The position numbers were made by a program, and so were the translations under genes. This document shows, in pieces, positions 51,373-64,000 of a DNA stretch of 64,000 nucleotides (positions within the stretch are counted from its first letter, which is position 1; each line of letters opens with the position of its first letter). This DNA comes from Eledone cirrhosa (lineage: Eukaryota): positions 25,730,001 through 25,794,000 of the forward strand of contig OZ024758.1 of the NCBI GenBank assembly GCA_964016885.1. The letters are read 5' to 3'. A model generated the notes under the pieces. The model was not told the DNA's origin. It ran no database searches and saw only the letters and a program-made list of their open reading frames with translations.

Positions 51373-51850
51373 GCTGCTGTTATTGTTGTTGTTGTTGTTA
51401 CTGCTGCTGCTGTTGTTGTTGCTACTGTTGCTGTTGCTGTTGTAGCTACTGCTGCTGTTGCTACTGTAGCTACTGCTGCTGTTGTTGCTACTGTTGCTGT
51501 TGTTGCTACTGTTGCTGTTGTAGCTACTGCTGCTGTTGCTGTTGTTCTTGCTACTGTTGCTGTTGTTGTTGTTACTACTGCTGCTGTTGTTGTTGCTACT
51601 GTTGCTGTTGCTGTTGTAGCTACTGCTGCTGTTGCTACTGTAGCTACTGCTGCTGTTGTTGCTACTGTTGCTGTTGTAGCTACTGCTGCTGTTGTTCTTG
51701 CTACTGTTGCTGTTGTAGCTACTTCTGCTGTTGTTGCTACTGCTGCTGTTGCTACTGTTGCTGTTGTTGTTGTTGCTACTGCTACTGCTGTTGCTGTTGT
51801 TGTGGTTGCTACTGCTGTGGTTGTAGCTACTGCTGCTGCTGCTGTTGCTG
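51373..51850. repeat. (GTT/GCT/ACT)n trinucleotide field
   Basis: Direct reading. Confidence 0.9.
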
Positions 51851-52301
51851 CCTCTCTTAATCAGAGACTCACACACACACACACACACACACACATTCAC
51901 ACACTTACACACATATACACACTCACCTACATGTGCACACATACACACACCACACGCCATATTCCAAACACAGATTTTTATCTCGGGCCCCAAGTCCCCT
52001 CCCCCCCTCCTCCGTGTCTAAATGAATTATTCCACTGTACCCTTCTTCTCTAGAAGTCAACCAAGCTATAACTTCATCAATGGAGTGGAAATATATTTGA
52101 CAAGCTATGTGACCTTAATATATCAGCTCCTATACCTTTGGAGTAACATATATCGAATGAATAGAAGTAAACATACACACACACATGTACACACACGCGC
52201 ATCATCATCATCATCAACGTTTAACGTCCGTGTTCCACGCTTGCATGGGTTTGGACGGGGGTAGTCCCACTTGAGGCAAGAGTGATTGTCTTGCTCGCAT
52301 A

Positions 52302-53652
52302 GGACTGTCTGGCGGGTTTTCTACAGCTGGATGCCCTTCCTAACACCAACCACATTTACAGTGTGGGGCTGGGAGGTTTTTACCGTGTTGCCTACATGGC
52401 CACATTACAGCGTGGACTGTCTGGCGGGTTTTCTACAGCTGGATGCCCTTCCTAACACCAACCACATTTACAGTGTGGGGCTGGGAGGTTTTTACCGTGT
52501 TGCCTACATGGCCACATTACAGCGTGGACTGTCTGGCGGGTTTTCTACAGCTGGATGCCCTTCCTAACACCAACCACATTTACAGTGTGGGGCTGGGAGG
52601 TTTTTACCGTGTTGCCTACACGGCCACATTACAGCGTGGACTGTCTGGCGGGTTTTCTACAGCTGGATGCCCTTCCTAACACCAACCACATTTACAGTGT
52701 GGGACTGGGAGGTTTTTACCGTGTTGCCTACACGGCCACATTACAGCGTGGACTGTCTGGCGGGTTTTCTACAGCTGGATGCCCTTCCTAACACCAACCA
52801 CATTTACAGTGTGGGGCTGGGAGGTTTTTACCCTGTTGCCTACACGGCCACATTACAGCGTGGACTGTCTGGCGGGTTTTCTACAGCTGGATGCCCTTCC
52901 TAACACCAACCACATTTACAGTGTGGGGCTGGGAGGTTTTTACCGTGTTGCCTACATGGCCACATTACAGCGTGGACTGTCTGGCGGGTTTTCTACAGCT
53001 GGATGCCCTTCCTAACACCAACCACATTTACAGTGTGGGGCTGGGAGGTTTTTACCGTGTTGCCTACACGGCCACATTACAGCGTGGACTGTCTGGCGGG
53101 TTTTCTACAGCTGGATGCCCTTCCTAACACCAACCACATTTACAGTGTGGGACTGGGAGGTTTTTACCATGTTGCCTACACGGCCACATTACAGCGTGGA
53201 CTGTCTGGCGGGTTTTCTACAGCTGGATGCCCTTCCTAACACCAACCACATTTACAGTGTGGGGCTGGGAGGTTTTTACCGTGTTGCCTACACGGCCACA
53301 TTACAGCGTGGACTGTCTGGCGGGTTTTCTACAGCTGGATGCCCTTCCTAACACCAACCACATTTACAGTGTGGGACTGGGAGGTTTTTACCGAGTTGCC
53401 TACACGGCCACATTACAGCGTGGACTGTCTGGCGGGTTTTCTACAGCTGGATGCCCTTCCTAACACCAACCACATTTACAGTGTGGGGCTGGGAGGTTTT
53501 TACCGTGTTGCCTACACGGCCACATTACAGCGTGGACTGTCTGGCGGGTTTTCTACAGCTGGATGCCCTTCCTAACACCAACCACATTTACAGTGTGGGA
53601 CTGGGAGGTTTTTACCGTGTTGCCTACACGGCCACATTACAGCGTGGACTGT
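52302..53652. repeat. 112-bp tandem array (~12 copies) expanded inside a SINE-like repeat spanning ~52201-53690
   Basis: Unit begins GGACTGTCTGGCGGGTTTTCTACAGCTGG; single-unit relatives at ~4550-4818, 39700-39950, 50490-50740. Confidence 0.92.
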
Positions 53653-55756
53653 GTGTTTTTTGTCGTGACACCTACACGATCTCATTTGTTTCGGCCTGGA
53701 TGTTGTGGCACCAACATAACTTTATATATATATAATATATAAGATCAAAAGATATATATAATATATAAGATCTTATATATTATTTATACTCTAGTCCTAC
53801 AAACTGTAGAGTGCTACTTATCCGATATCTGCATTGCTTTATTGTACTACAATAAAACTCACCTCCTTCATATATATATATATGTATATATGTGGAGGCA
53901 CATGGCTTAGTGGTTAGAGCATTGGCCTTGCAATCGAAAGGTTGTGAGTTCAATTCTCAGGACCGGGTGATGTGTTGTTTCCTTGAGCAAGACACTTTAT
54001 TTCACATTGCTCCAGTTTACTCAGCTGTAGAAATGAGATGATAGGGACTGGCGTCCATATCATTCCACTGTTAAGTGGACGTGTAGGCGCCACAGAAAAA
54101 AAAAGCACCCAGCACTCACTGTAAATGAGGTTGGTGTTAGGAAGGGCATCCAGCTGTAGAAATCAAGCCAGAATCAGTTCCCGTCCCACCCTTGCAAGCA
54201 GGAAAAAGTGGACGTAAAATGATGATGATGATGATGATGATGATGATTATTCTATATTTACGATTGTATTTTCACAGTAAAGGCTTTACCTTGCATAATT
54301 ATCTGACATAATATTGAATCTATGAGATTTTGATATTATTTATTTTGAGAACAATACCTTAACATAAGTATGAATGGCCAGTTACAACCAGTTTGAACCG
54401 AAAGGTCACAGAATTCTGGCAGGATATGGCTGATTTAAACGCTAAATGGTTAAGCCTCTTACTACCACCAACATCCCCCAGTGCCCCTGGATTTGGGGAT
54501 TAAATTTGTTTATCAATTTGTTTATCAATTTGTTTCTGATTTAAGCACAAGGCCAGCAATTTTGGGGCAGAGGAAAGTCAATTAACCCTTTACCATTTAC
54601 ATTACTCTATATATACTATTATATTTTCATGGTAAAGGTTTTACCTCACATAATTATCTCACATAATATCGAAGCTGTGAGGTGTTGATATTATTTATTT
54701 TGAAAACAATACCATAACATAGTTTGAACAGCTGGTTACAGCCTGTTTGAACAAAAAGAGATCAGAGGATTCTGGCCAGATATGGCCAGTTTAAATGCTA
54801 ATAGGTTAAATATATATATATTTAAGCCTCTCACAGCAACAACCCCCTCTCCATGGATTTGGGGATTAAATTTGTTTATTTATTTGTATTAGACACATTA
54901 TTTATAATAGTTGTTTCTATTTTAGCACAAGGCCAGCAATTACCCCAGTGCATTACTGGTGCTTTATTTTATCGACCCAGTAAGAATGAAAAAAGACCCT
55001 TCGGAGGAACCCCATTTTGGCCGCTTGTAATCGTGATTGTGTTCTTTCCCTTACTGTCACTATTTAATATTTTTATTTTTCATTTTTTTTTTTACCACAT
55101 ATACATTATATACAGTGAAATTCCGTTATAATGATATTCATGGGCTATAAAAAAAAATTGTTGTAATGAAAAATTTTTTAGAATAAAATTGACTGAAACA
55201 AATTGAGAGTTTGTTTGTTATTACCTCCGGGAGTGAAAAACATTTTGTTATACTGAAAAAATTGTTATAATGGTATTTGTTATAACAGAATTTTACCTGT
55301 AATCCAATTGAAATTTGTTGACTATAATATATTCCTTAACAAAAACATCTTTAATCATGTTGAAGACCTAATCCCTCTAGTGCTGTTACCGTGATAAAAT
55401 GTACACATTCCACTCTGTAAAGTGGTAGTGCAGTTACCATGACAAAATGCACACACTCCACTCTGTAAAGTGGTAGTGCTGGTATCATGATAAAATGCCC
55501 CCAGTACATTCTGTAAAATGGTTGGCATTAGGAAAGGCATCGAACCATAGATACCATGCCAAAAATAGAATGTATGAGTTTTAAACTGTGACAACCAATC
55601 CAACCCATACCAGCATGGAAAGGGAACAAAATGATAGTGATATTACATGATAACTCACAAGGCATTAGTCACTCTGAGGCTTAGAACGAACTAGCTACAT
55701 GGTTGTGAGACCATGTGGTGTGAAATTCACATGCTTTTAGTTTCTATCCCATTATG

Positions 55757-56470
55757 TATGTATGGTCCCGTAACTCCTGATAGAGTCGTAGGGGCGCTGT
55801 ATTGACATACAGCGTATCTTGGGTATTTTAAGCCTGGTGGAACCCATTCCTCTCCAGGCCTGAGTACAGCAGATTTCTTTCAGAGAAAGATAGAAAGTGA
55901 GAGATGGGAAATGAGATAGAACTATAGAGGAAGAATCAACCCCAATACTAGACTGGTACTTTTTTTTATCGGCCTCGAAAGGATGAAAGGCAAAGTTGAC
56001 CTCGGCGGGATTTAAACTCAAAGAGCAGAAAGCTGGAACAAATACTATAAAGCATTCTATCAGACATTCTAACGACTCTGCCAATTCGCTGCCTATGAGG
56101 AAGAATTACTTAAGGATAAAATAATCAAAAGATGCCACAAAGTCAAACTTTAGAAGAATTTATCAATCAGTAAAGCCCTGAAGTAAAAACTTCAGAGGAA
56201 TTTAAGAAGACAGAAAATATATTAACCTGATGCTTTGTCCCCACAAACAATGCAGAGAACCAGAATGAATACTATAAATCATTCTATCTGATGTTCTAAC
56301 GACCTATATCCTATTACATGACATAAAATATCAAACTTAGTATCCTCCTTAAAGTTTAAGCCGAGAACATAGGACCACATTTTACTCTCCACAATAGTCT
56401 TGAAAGTTATATCCATAAGTGTCATATGCGTTAAAGAAATGTCATAGATTTTGTTAAAAGATTTAAATAT
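55757..56470. repeat. ~710-bp direct duplication of 46700-47409
   Basis: SINE plus unique flank nearly identical at both sites, including the 40-bp exon-end copy. Confidence 0.9.
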
Positions 56471-57203
56471 AAATAAATGTTTCTACTTTTGGCACAAGGC
56501 CAGCAATTACCCAGTACATTACTGGTACTTCATTTTGTCGACCCCGTAAGGATGAAAGGCAAAGTTAACCTCGGCGGGATTTGAACTCAGAATGGCAAGG
56601 GCCGTAACTCTATGCGTCAAAGCATGGCGTCCGACCCTCTACCGATACACCCAATCCACCACCGATTTAAATATAAATAATTGTTTCTACTTTAGGCACA
56701 AGGCCAGCAATTACCCAGTGCATTACTGGTACTTTATTTTATCAACTCCGTAAGGATGAAAGGCAAAGTCAACCTCGGCGGGATTTGAACTCAGATCGTA
56801 AAGGGACGTAACTATGCTGCAAAGCATGGCGTCCGACCCTCTACCGATACTGCCAATCCACCGCCCTTTAATATAAATAATAAAGGATGTGCTGGTGGTA
56901 TATGTCATTATTATTAACCATGTAATGCAATTTAGTTTATTTATCATCCAGCAATGTTAAATATCCCCAGGTGACCACACATTATAGTTAAGATGTCCCA
57001 ATAGACTATACACTAGAGTACAAATAACCTGGTCAACTGCAGAGTATAGTAACTTAGTGATATCAGTGTACGTGTGAGTGGGGATGTTTCAAATTAGTAG
57101 AAAGAATATCAGTTAATTAAATGGCTAAAAGGCATGGCTGCATGGTTGAAAAGTTTACTGCATGCAACCACGTGTTTTCTACCATAGCATTATATTGTCT
57201 TTC

Positions 57204-57903
57204 ATCATCACCACCACCACCACCACCATTACCATCATCACCATCACCGCCACCATCATCACCGTCACCACCACCACCATCATCATCACCATCACCACCA
57301 CCATCATCATCATTACCCTCACCACCACCACCATTACCATCATCATCACCCTCACCACCACCACCACCACCACCACCACCATCACCACCACCACCACCAC
57401 CATCACCACCACTTTACACTGTGTACTGGGAGCATGGTTTCTATGGCTGGGTGCCTTTCCTAACACCAACCACTTCATGATAGAAAGGGCACCCAGCCAT
57501 AGAAACCTTGGCAAATAAAGGGTTTGAAAGACATGACAATTTCCCTAGTGTTGGTGCCATGATAAAATACACTTGGTAAAGTACGGGGTGACATGTTTGG
57601 GCCCTGGCCCACTTAGAGGTAAGAAGTTCTACTTGAAATGAAGTTCTACGTTAAATGATGATGATGATGATGATAATGGTGGTGGTGGCGGTGGTGGTGG
57701 GGATGATGATAATGGTGGTGGTGGCGGTGGTGGTGGGGATGATGATGGTGGTGGTGGCGGTGGTGGTGGGGATGATGATAATGGTGGTGGTGGCGGTGGT
57801 GGTGGGGATGATGATGGTGGTGGTGGTGGTGGGGATGATGATGGTGGTGGTGGTGGTGGTGGTGGTGGGGATGATGGTGGTGGTGGTGGTGGTGGTGGCG
57901 ATG
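57204..57903. repeat. (CAC/CAT)n and (GGT/GAT)n trinucleotide tracts (similar: 46273-46366, 62985-63100)
   Basis: Direct reading. Confidence 0.9.
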
Positions 57904-58469
57904 CTGAGGTTAATTTAAATGACCATTTATCCAACTCTAAGAAAGTTGACCTCATGCATAGTCATTATAACTACTAAAAACTATAGGGCAGTGGATTGGC
58001 AGTGGATCGGTAGAGTGTCAGACGCCATGCTTTGCAGCAAAAGGTAATAGCCCTTTATGATCCGAGTTCAAATCCCGCCAAAGTTAACTTTGACTTTCAT
58101 GCTTACAGAGTCGATAAAATGAAGTACCGGTAATGCACTGGGGTAGAACTAGGTGATAAAATATTCAGGTGGAAAGGAGGTAAAATATGAGACAGGATTG
58201 AATCTGGTGAACAGGGGTTGGGGTTAAGTTGAGTTGGGGTTAATGAAGTACCGGTAATGCACTGGGGTAATTGCTGGCCTTGTGCCAAAAGTAGAAACAA
58301 TTATTACTAGTAATAAAACAAAGACACTCTTCCATGTTCATATTCACTGACAGCACTTGAAGTAGCAGTGTCTCTTGCAAACTTTAATTGTAAATTATGT
58401 GCTTAATAAAGCAATACAACTATAAAGTTGTAGGGATACTGGCCTAACATCTTCCCTGTTCTGGCTCAG

Positions 58470-58675
58470 TCCACCTTGTTGTATGTACACAGTCGAGCCT
58501 ATGGCAGTGGAGACTTCTATCGTCCTTGGCCCTAGAGCCACCTCCCTGCTCACCACCATCGGCACAGATTTGGCTTCCCACAGGTGTGAGCCTCGCAAGA
58601 TGGAATGGCTCTTCCAGAGCATCTCCCTCACCATCCTCTGGGGTAACGCCTTCTCTATTCTGTCTGCTGGGGTAG
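58470..58675 (+). mobile_element. CRE-clade non-LTR retrotransposon C-terminal (RLE) fragment
   Basis: YTVEPMAVETSIVLGPRA...EPRKMEWLFQSISLTILWGNAFSIL resembles the CRE consensus F.P.A.ET.G..GP.A...DPRE..FL.QRLS.A.QRGNA.SIL as I recall it. Confidence 0.6.
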
Positions 58676-61144
58676 CGGTACGGCCAGACAACCGCGGCCG
58701 CAGTTCAGCCAGTGCATGGGCCTCCATTTGCTCACAATAGTGAGAGATGGGAAATGCAGGAGAGACTGAGGCAGTGACAGTGGGAGTTTGGTTCTTTTGT
58801 GTTCGGACTTGGTGTATATTAGAGAGTGCATGGCAAGACACTACAGACGTCGTGGCCATCCACTGCAGCCAAGGAAGTCCCTGGTCGTGACGGTCCTCCA
58901 TACCACCGGATTCTGGCTTCTGCGGCCGAGTGAGTGGGACCGTCACTGTGCACTGGCCCTCCCACTATAAACCTTTCCCGCTCAGGTTTCTTCTTTAACG
59001 TGCACGCCCAAAGCCCTGCGGCGATGGGCGAGAGGCGGAGGTAACAGGTGGTCCCCGGACCTGCAAGTCAAGGATCGGCCTCCACAGCCACCTTCGTGCC
59101 CACGGCAGACGGGAACTAAAATAAAGAAGATGTCATCATAGTTTATGATGGACAACCCAGATATATTAGAGGGTATGGGAAGTACAGTAACAAAATGTGG
59201 AGAAGTATAGCAGTATCACTGCAGGTAATAAAGGATGTAACATAACCAAGGGGTATTTTCAGCAGGTAACGCTAGACTTCAATCTTCACGTGAGTGTAAA
59301 ATATACAATAGTCTGTTGTTTGTATTGAGAGAGATAGAGAAAGATATGTTATAACAAAGGGTGAGGTAATATCTAGTTAATGTTTCCTACAATGAAAAAC
59401 TCTTCTCAGATTCTAATCAAATGATATTCAATCATTTCATTGTAATATCTTCCACATCATCATCATTTTACGTCCACTTTTCCCTGCTTGCAAGGGTGGG
59501 ACGAGAACTGATTCTGGCTTGATTTCTACAGCTGGATGCCCTTCCTAACACCAACCTCATTTACAGTGAGTGCTGGGTGCTTTTTTTCCGTGGTGCCTCC
59601 ACGTCCACTTTACAGTGAGTGCTGGGTGCTTTTTTGCCGTGGCACCTCCATGTCCACTTTGCAGTGGAATGATAGGGACCCCAGTCCTATCATCTCATTT
59701 CTACAGCTGAGTAAATTGGAGCATTGTGAAAAATAAAGTGTCTTGCTCAAGGAAACAACACATCACTCGGTCTGAGAATTGAACTGGGTGATGTCTTGTT
59801 TCCTTGAGCAAGACAGTACAGAAGTAAAATGATCAGGTGTGGTACCCTTATGAGGTTACCAACACACTAACCTTGAATTTAAGAACAATGAAGGTGTATT
59901 AATATCCCCATTGCTTCAGTTCATCTAGCATTTGAGAATAGATGTCCGACCATTTTAAAATATTACTTGTGATAAACAAATATGTTATTTAAGAAGACAT
60001 CTCTCATTCAATTCACACTGTGAATGTGGAACTAAACACATTTACCTTAATAGCTCCTCTGTGACCAGAAGTTATATTCTACATTATTATTTCTGACTGA
60101 TTAATGTACCATCGATAATTCAGATATCCCCCCCCCCCCCATCATCCTAATTATGAATGGATGAATGTGTTTAAGAAAGTGTTTAGGAGAAACATGATAG
60201 TCTCAGAGTAGATACAATATGATATTCTAGACTACAGACTAGAGCAGGGATTCCCGACATTTTTTGCATCATTGCCCACTTTCACAAGGAAAATGTTCCA
60301 CCACCCACTTACATAATAAATATTATGTAAGCATACCAAAAGTGTTTTCTAAAAGTTTGTTACTGGTTCATTATTCCCATTTAGCCTCCTGTTTTATTTT
60401 TATATATATATAAAGGTTCTTTGCATATCTCCTTTGAATATTTTCTTCAGATAGCATATGTTGAAATACCTTCTTAATACTTAAAATCCTCTATTGTCCA
60501 CCAAATTTTCCAATTGACCATCATTTTCTGTTCAGTTGCCTATCACCCACCCAATAGTTGAAATTACCCATCAGTGGGTGATATCGCCTAAGTTGAGAAA
60601 CCCTAGTATAGAATATCATTATTGGCAATAAAATAAACATTGATACACCTATCTTCAGGTGTGAGCTTTAGTGAAAATTCAACCTATGACTTACATCTGA
60701 TATGTGATCATTTTAAATTGCTTACTAAATAGGACAAACAAAACATTTAAAGCAGTAGTTTAACCCTAGTTCAGCCATGATTAACCCTTTAGCATTTAAA
60801 CTGGCCACTTATACTGATGTTAAGGTATTGTTCTCAAAATAAGTAATATCAAAATCTTGTAGCTTCGATATTATGCGAGACAATTAAGTGAAGTGAGATA
60901 ATAATTATATAAATCCCATATGTTATTAAAATAAATAGAATGGATCAGGGTCTCAGTATGTAAACTAAACGACTAATTCTGGTTTTTCTTTTAAAAAATC
61001 AACAGACACAACCTAGAAAAATTACCGATTTTTCTGCTCACTCGCACCCTGCTTATTCAAACCTTCCCCATTTATTCCACCACCCCCACCCTGCTTATTC
61101 CAACCCCACCACTTATTCCACACCACCTCTTATTATATATGATA

Positions 61145-62427
61145 TAATGAAATTATTGTGTAGTGCTCAGGTGCACTACAACTCGTCAAAGGTGCATGCA
61201 TAGTACATAGAATAATATACAAATGTCAGGGAAGTGAATAGTGTATGAGTCATGATATACATGTGTGCGTGTGTATGGAGGGGGAATATTAGGTGTAGTG
61301 TTGGCGAATCTCAGGAAGCATGGAGGTTTTAAAGGATGCAGTGTCTCGACAGCTAACAACTGATGCAGGTAGTTTGTTCCATGGAGGTTTTAAAGGATGC
61401 AGTGTCTCGACAACTAACAACTCATGCAGGTAGTTTGTTCCATGGAGGTTTTAAAGGATGCAGTGTCTCGACAACTAACAACTGATGCAGGGAGTTTGTT
61501 CCATGCTTCAGCAACTCTGAGCGTTAAAAATTGTTTCCGAAAGTCATGGGAACTGTGCTGTTTTCTGACTTTGTAGGCATGCCCACGTGTGTTAGACACA
61601 TGGAAATCAAAAAGGTACTCAGGGTTGTTGTTGGCAAGATGGTTAGTAATTTTGTGGGTGTTTACCAAGTCAGTTGCCAGGCATCGGAGCTTCAATGTAT
61701 CCATGCCCAGGGAAGCAAGGCGTTCAGAGTATGGTAGATGCCTGATGGAGGGTATTCGCTTGGTTGCACGTCTCTGAACAGTTTCCAGGCGGTCAATGTT
61801 CTTAGCAAGATAGGGGTTCCAGACTGGTGATGCAAATTCTAAGTGTGGCTGCACCATAGCTATATACAGCTTTAAATAGATAGCTGGAGAGCGGCTGACA
61901 AAGGTCTTGCTGAGTGATGCCAAGACACCCTCGGCCTTCTTAACAATTTTAGAGACGTGCTTCGTCCAACGCAAATCACTGCTGACATTAATGCCCAGGT
62001 CACGTTCACAAGAAGACTTCTTGATATTAATGTTGTGGAGGGAGTATGTGGACGCTGGGTTTTTACTCCCAAAATGCATGGTGGTACACTTGTCCACAGC
62101 TAGCTTGAGTTGCCAGTCTGTGCTCCATTGTTGCATTGTGTCCAGGTCAGATTGCAGGCAAGATCTATAGTGTTCAGGATCTGTCCTTTTTATCTCAAGG
62201 TACAGCTTGATGTCATCTGCATATTTCAGTACTGTGGCATTCTTTAAGTTGGCATCTATGTCATTAATATATGCCACAAACAAAAGGGGACCAAGAACAG
62301 ATCCCTGTGGTACACCAGATTACATCTCATATGGTGAGAAATGCTGTCCTAGAACCGTGACTACCTCTCTTCGACTGAGAATGAAGGACTTCAACCAGTT
62401 AAAAAGATCATCGTTCACACCCATTGC
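61145..62427 (-). mobile_element. 5'-truncated CR1-clade LINE, reverse-transcriptase C-terminal half (ORF 61414-62283)
   Basis: SGVPQGSVLGPLLFVAYIND...LKYADD...LQSDLD...ERDLGI...LETVQRRATKRIP...YSERL...TRGH...WNKLP; 3' UTR ending (ATT)n; three 61-bp units at 61318-61505. Confidence 0.92.
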
Positions 62428-64000
62428 AGGGACCCGAGAGTACCTTATGAGCTGTGGCCTAAGATTGCAGCTGAAGATAGAGTAAATCTTAAATACTTAG
62501 TTCCCAACATGTTTAAACAATGATTCACTAACCACAAAATATTTCATTAGAAATATGGAAATGAAAGGTTAAAGTTATAGTTATCTTACTCCTTTAGTAT
62601 TTAAACCAGCCATATCCAGTCAGAATTCTGTTCAAAATAGCCATAACCAGCTGTTCATACTGATGTTAAGGTATTGTTCTCAAAATAAATAATATCAAAA
62701 TCTCGTAGATTCGATATTAAGTGAGATAATTATGTGAGGTAAAGCCTTTACCATGAAAATACAATAGTGTATATAGAGTAATGTAAATGTTATGTGAGAT
62801 ATTATGTGAGGTAAAGCCTTTACTGTGAAAATACAATAGTATATATAGAGTAATGTAAATGCTAAAGGGTTAAGGCATACATATAATAGTGCATAATATT
62901 TAGCTTTTTGTTAATTTAAAACAGAGAACAACATTTATGGATTCATCATTGTGTTTTTTTTAAACAGACGTGGTGGTGGTTGTGAAGATGATGATGGTGA
63001 TGGTGATGATGGTGATGGTGATGATGGTGATGGTGATGGTGATGATGATGGTGATGGTGATGATGGTGATGGTGATGATGGTGATGGTGATGATGATGAT
63101 TATCTCCATTACAGATGGAAGTACTTTGTATAAATGTTATTCTCAGTTAAAAATTAACAAAAAATCAAAACATTTTGCACTATTATAATTTTGCTTCAAG
63201 ATAATATAATTTAACCCATTCATTTGCATACTTCTAATAAAATATCTTTTATTTTAATTAAAAAACCCTTTCATGACCGCATTTCTTACGCACTTCGAGG
63301 GATTTACTAAAATTATTAATTATTTCAGTGATTATCATGTTTCCTCCTGTTGTTTAATTACTAAGATAGTAACTTAATATAAGGTTCTTATATAAAATTA
63401 TGTTGGAAAATTTTAAATTAAATTGGAAACCCTTTACCATTTTTACATTATTGTAAATGGTAAAGGGTTAAAGGTTAACCCTTTACCATTTACATTATGG
63501 TATCAAAAGGGTTAATGGAAAGGATCAATCTGAAATTACCATATATACTTGAATATAAGCCAATCCAAATATAAGCTAACCCCTATCTTATGTCTGAGAA
63601 ATGGGCAAAAATCCTGTTTATAAGCTGATGGAGGCACATGGCTTAGTGGTTAGGGCATTGGCCTTGCAATCGAAAAGTTGTGAGTTCAATTCTCAGACCG
63701 GGTAATGTGTTGTTTCCTTGAGCAAGAGACTTTATTTCACATTGCTCCAGTTTACTCAGCTGTAGAAATGAGATGATAGGACTGGGGTCCCTATCATTCC
63801 ACTGCAAAGTGGACGTGTAGGCGCCACGGAAAAAAGCACCCAGCACTCACTGTAAATGAGGTTGGTGTTAGGAAGGGCATCCAGCTGTAGAAATCAAGCC
63901 AGAATCAGTTCCCATCCCACCCTTGCAAGCAGGGAAAAGCGGACGTAAAATGATGATGATGATGATGATGATTACTCTATATACACTATTGTATTTTTGT

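Noticed and set aside
60245-60606. Possible second hAT-Charlie MITE
   Set aside because: TIRs and TSD are too degenerate to call.

Overview
AT-rich, repeat-saturated eukaryotic DNA; the SINE families and microsatellite load suggest an octopus/cephalopod (inference). The window is mostly intron of one minus-strand nuclear receptor gene of the NR2C/NR2D (TR2/TR4/HR78) group. Two in-phase coding exons (47413-47542, 35803-35982) encode the C4 zinc-finger DNA-binding domain; I could not place the other exons. The rest is tRNA-derived SINEs (three or more families), TTAA-flanked piggyBac-like MITEs, hAT MITEs, fragments of CR1, RTE, Tx1/L1, Ingi/Vingi and CRE-type LINEs, microsatellites, and minisatellites grown from inside TEs. 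The most notable signal is a set of about 8 sequence-unrelated short elements, mostly in or beside (TA)n tracts and mostly fold-back inverted duplications. Each carries a complete or partial type I hammerhead ribozyme, usually with a palindromic stem III. One is apparently intact and present in both orientations (16844-17014). They resemble Penelope-like/retrozyme elements, and several inversion breakpoints fall in or next to the ribozyme's stem II. Coordinates were read by eye, and repeat boundaries are approximate.
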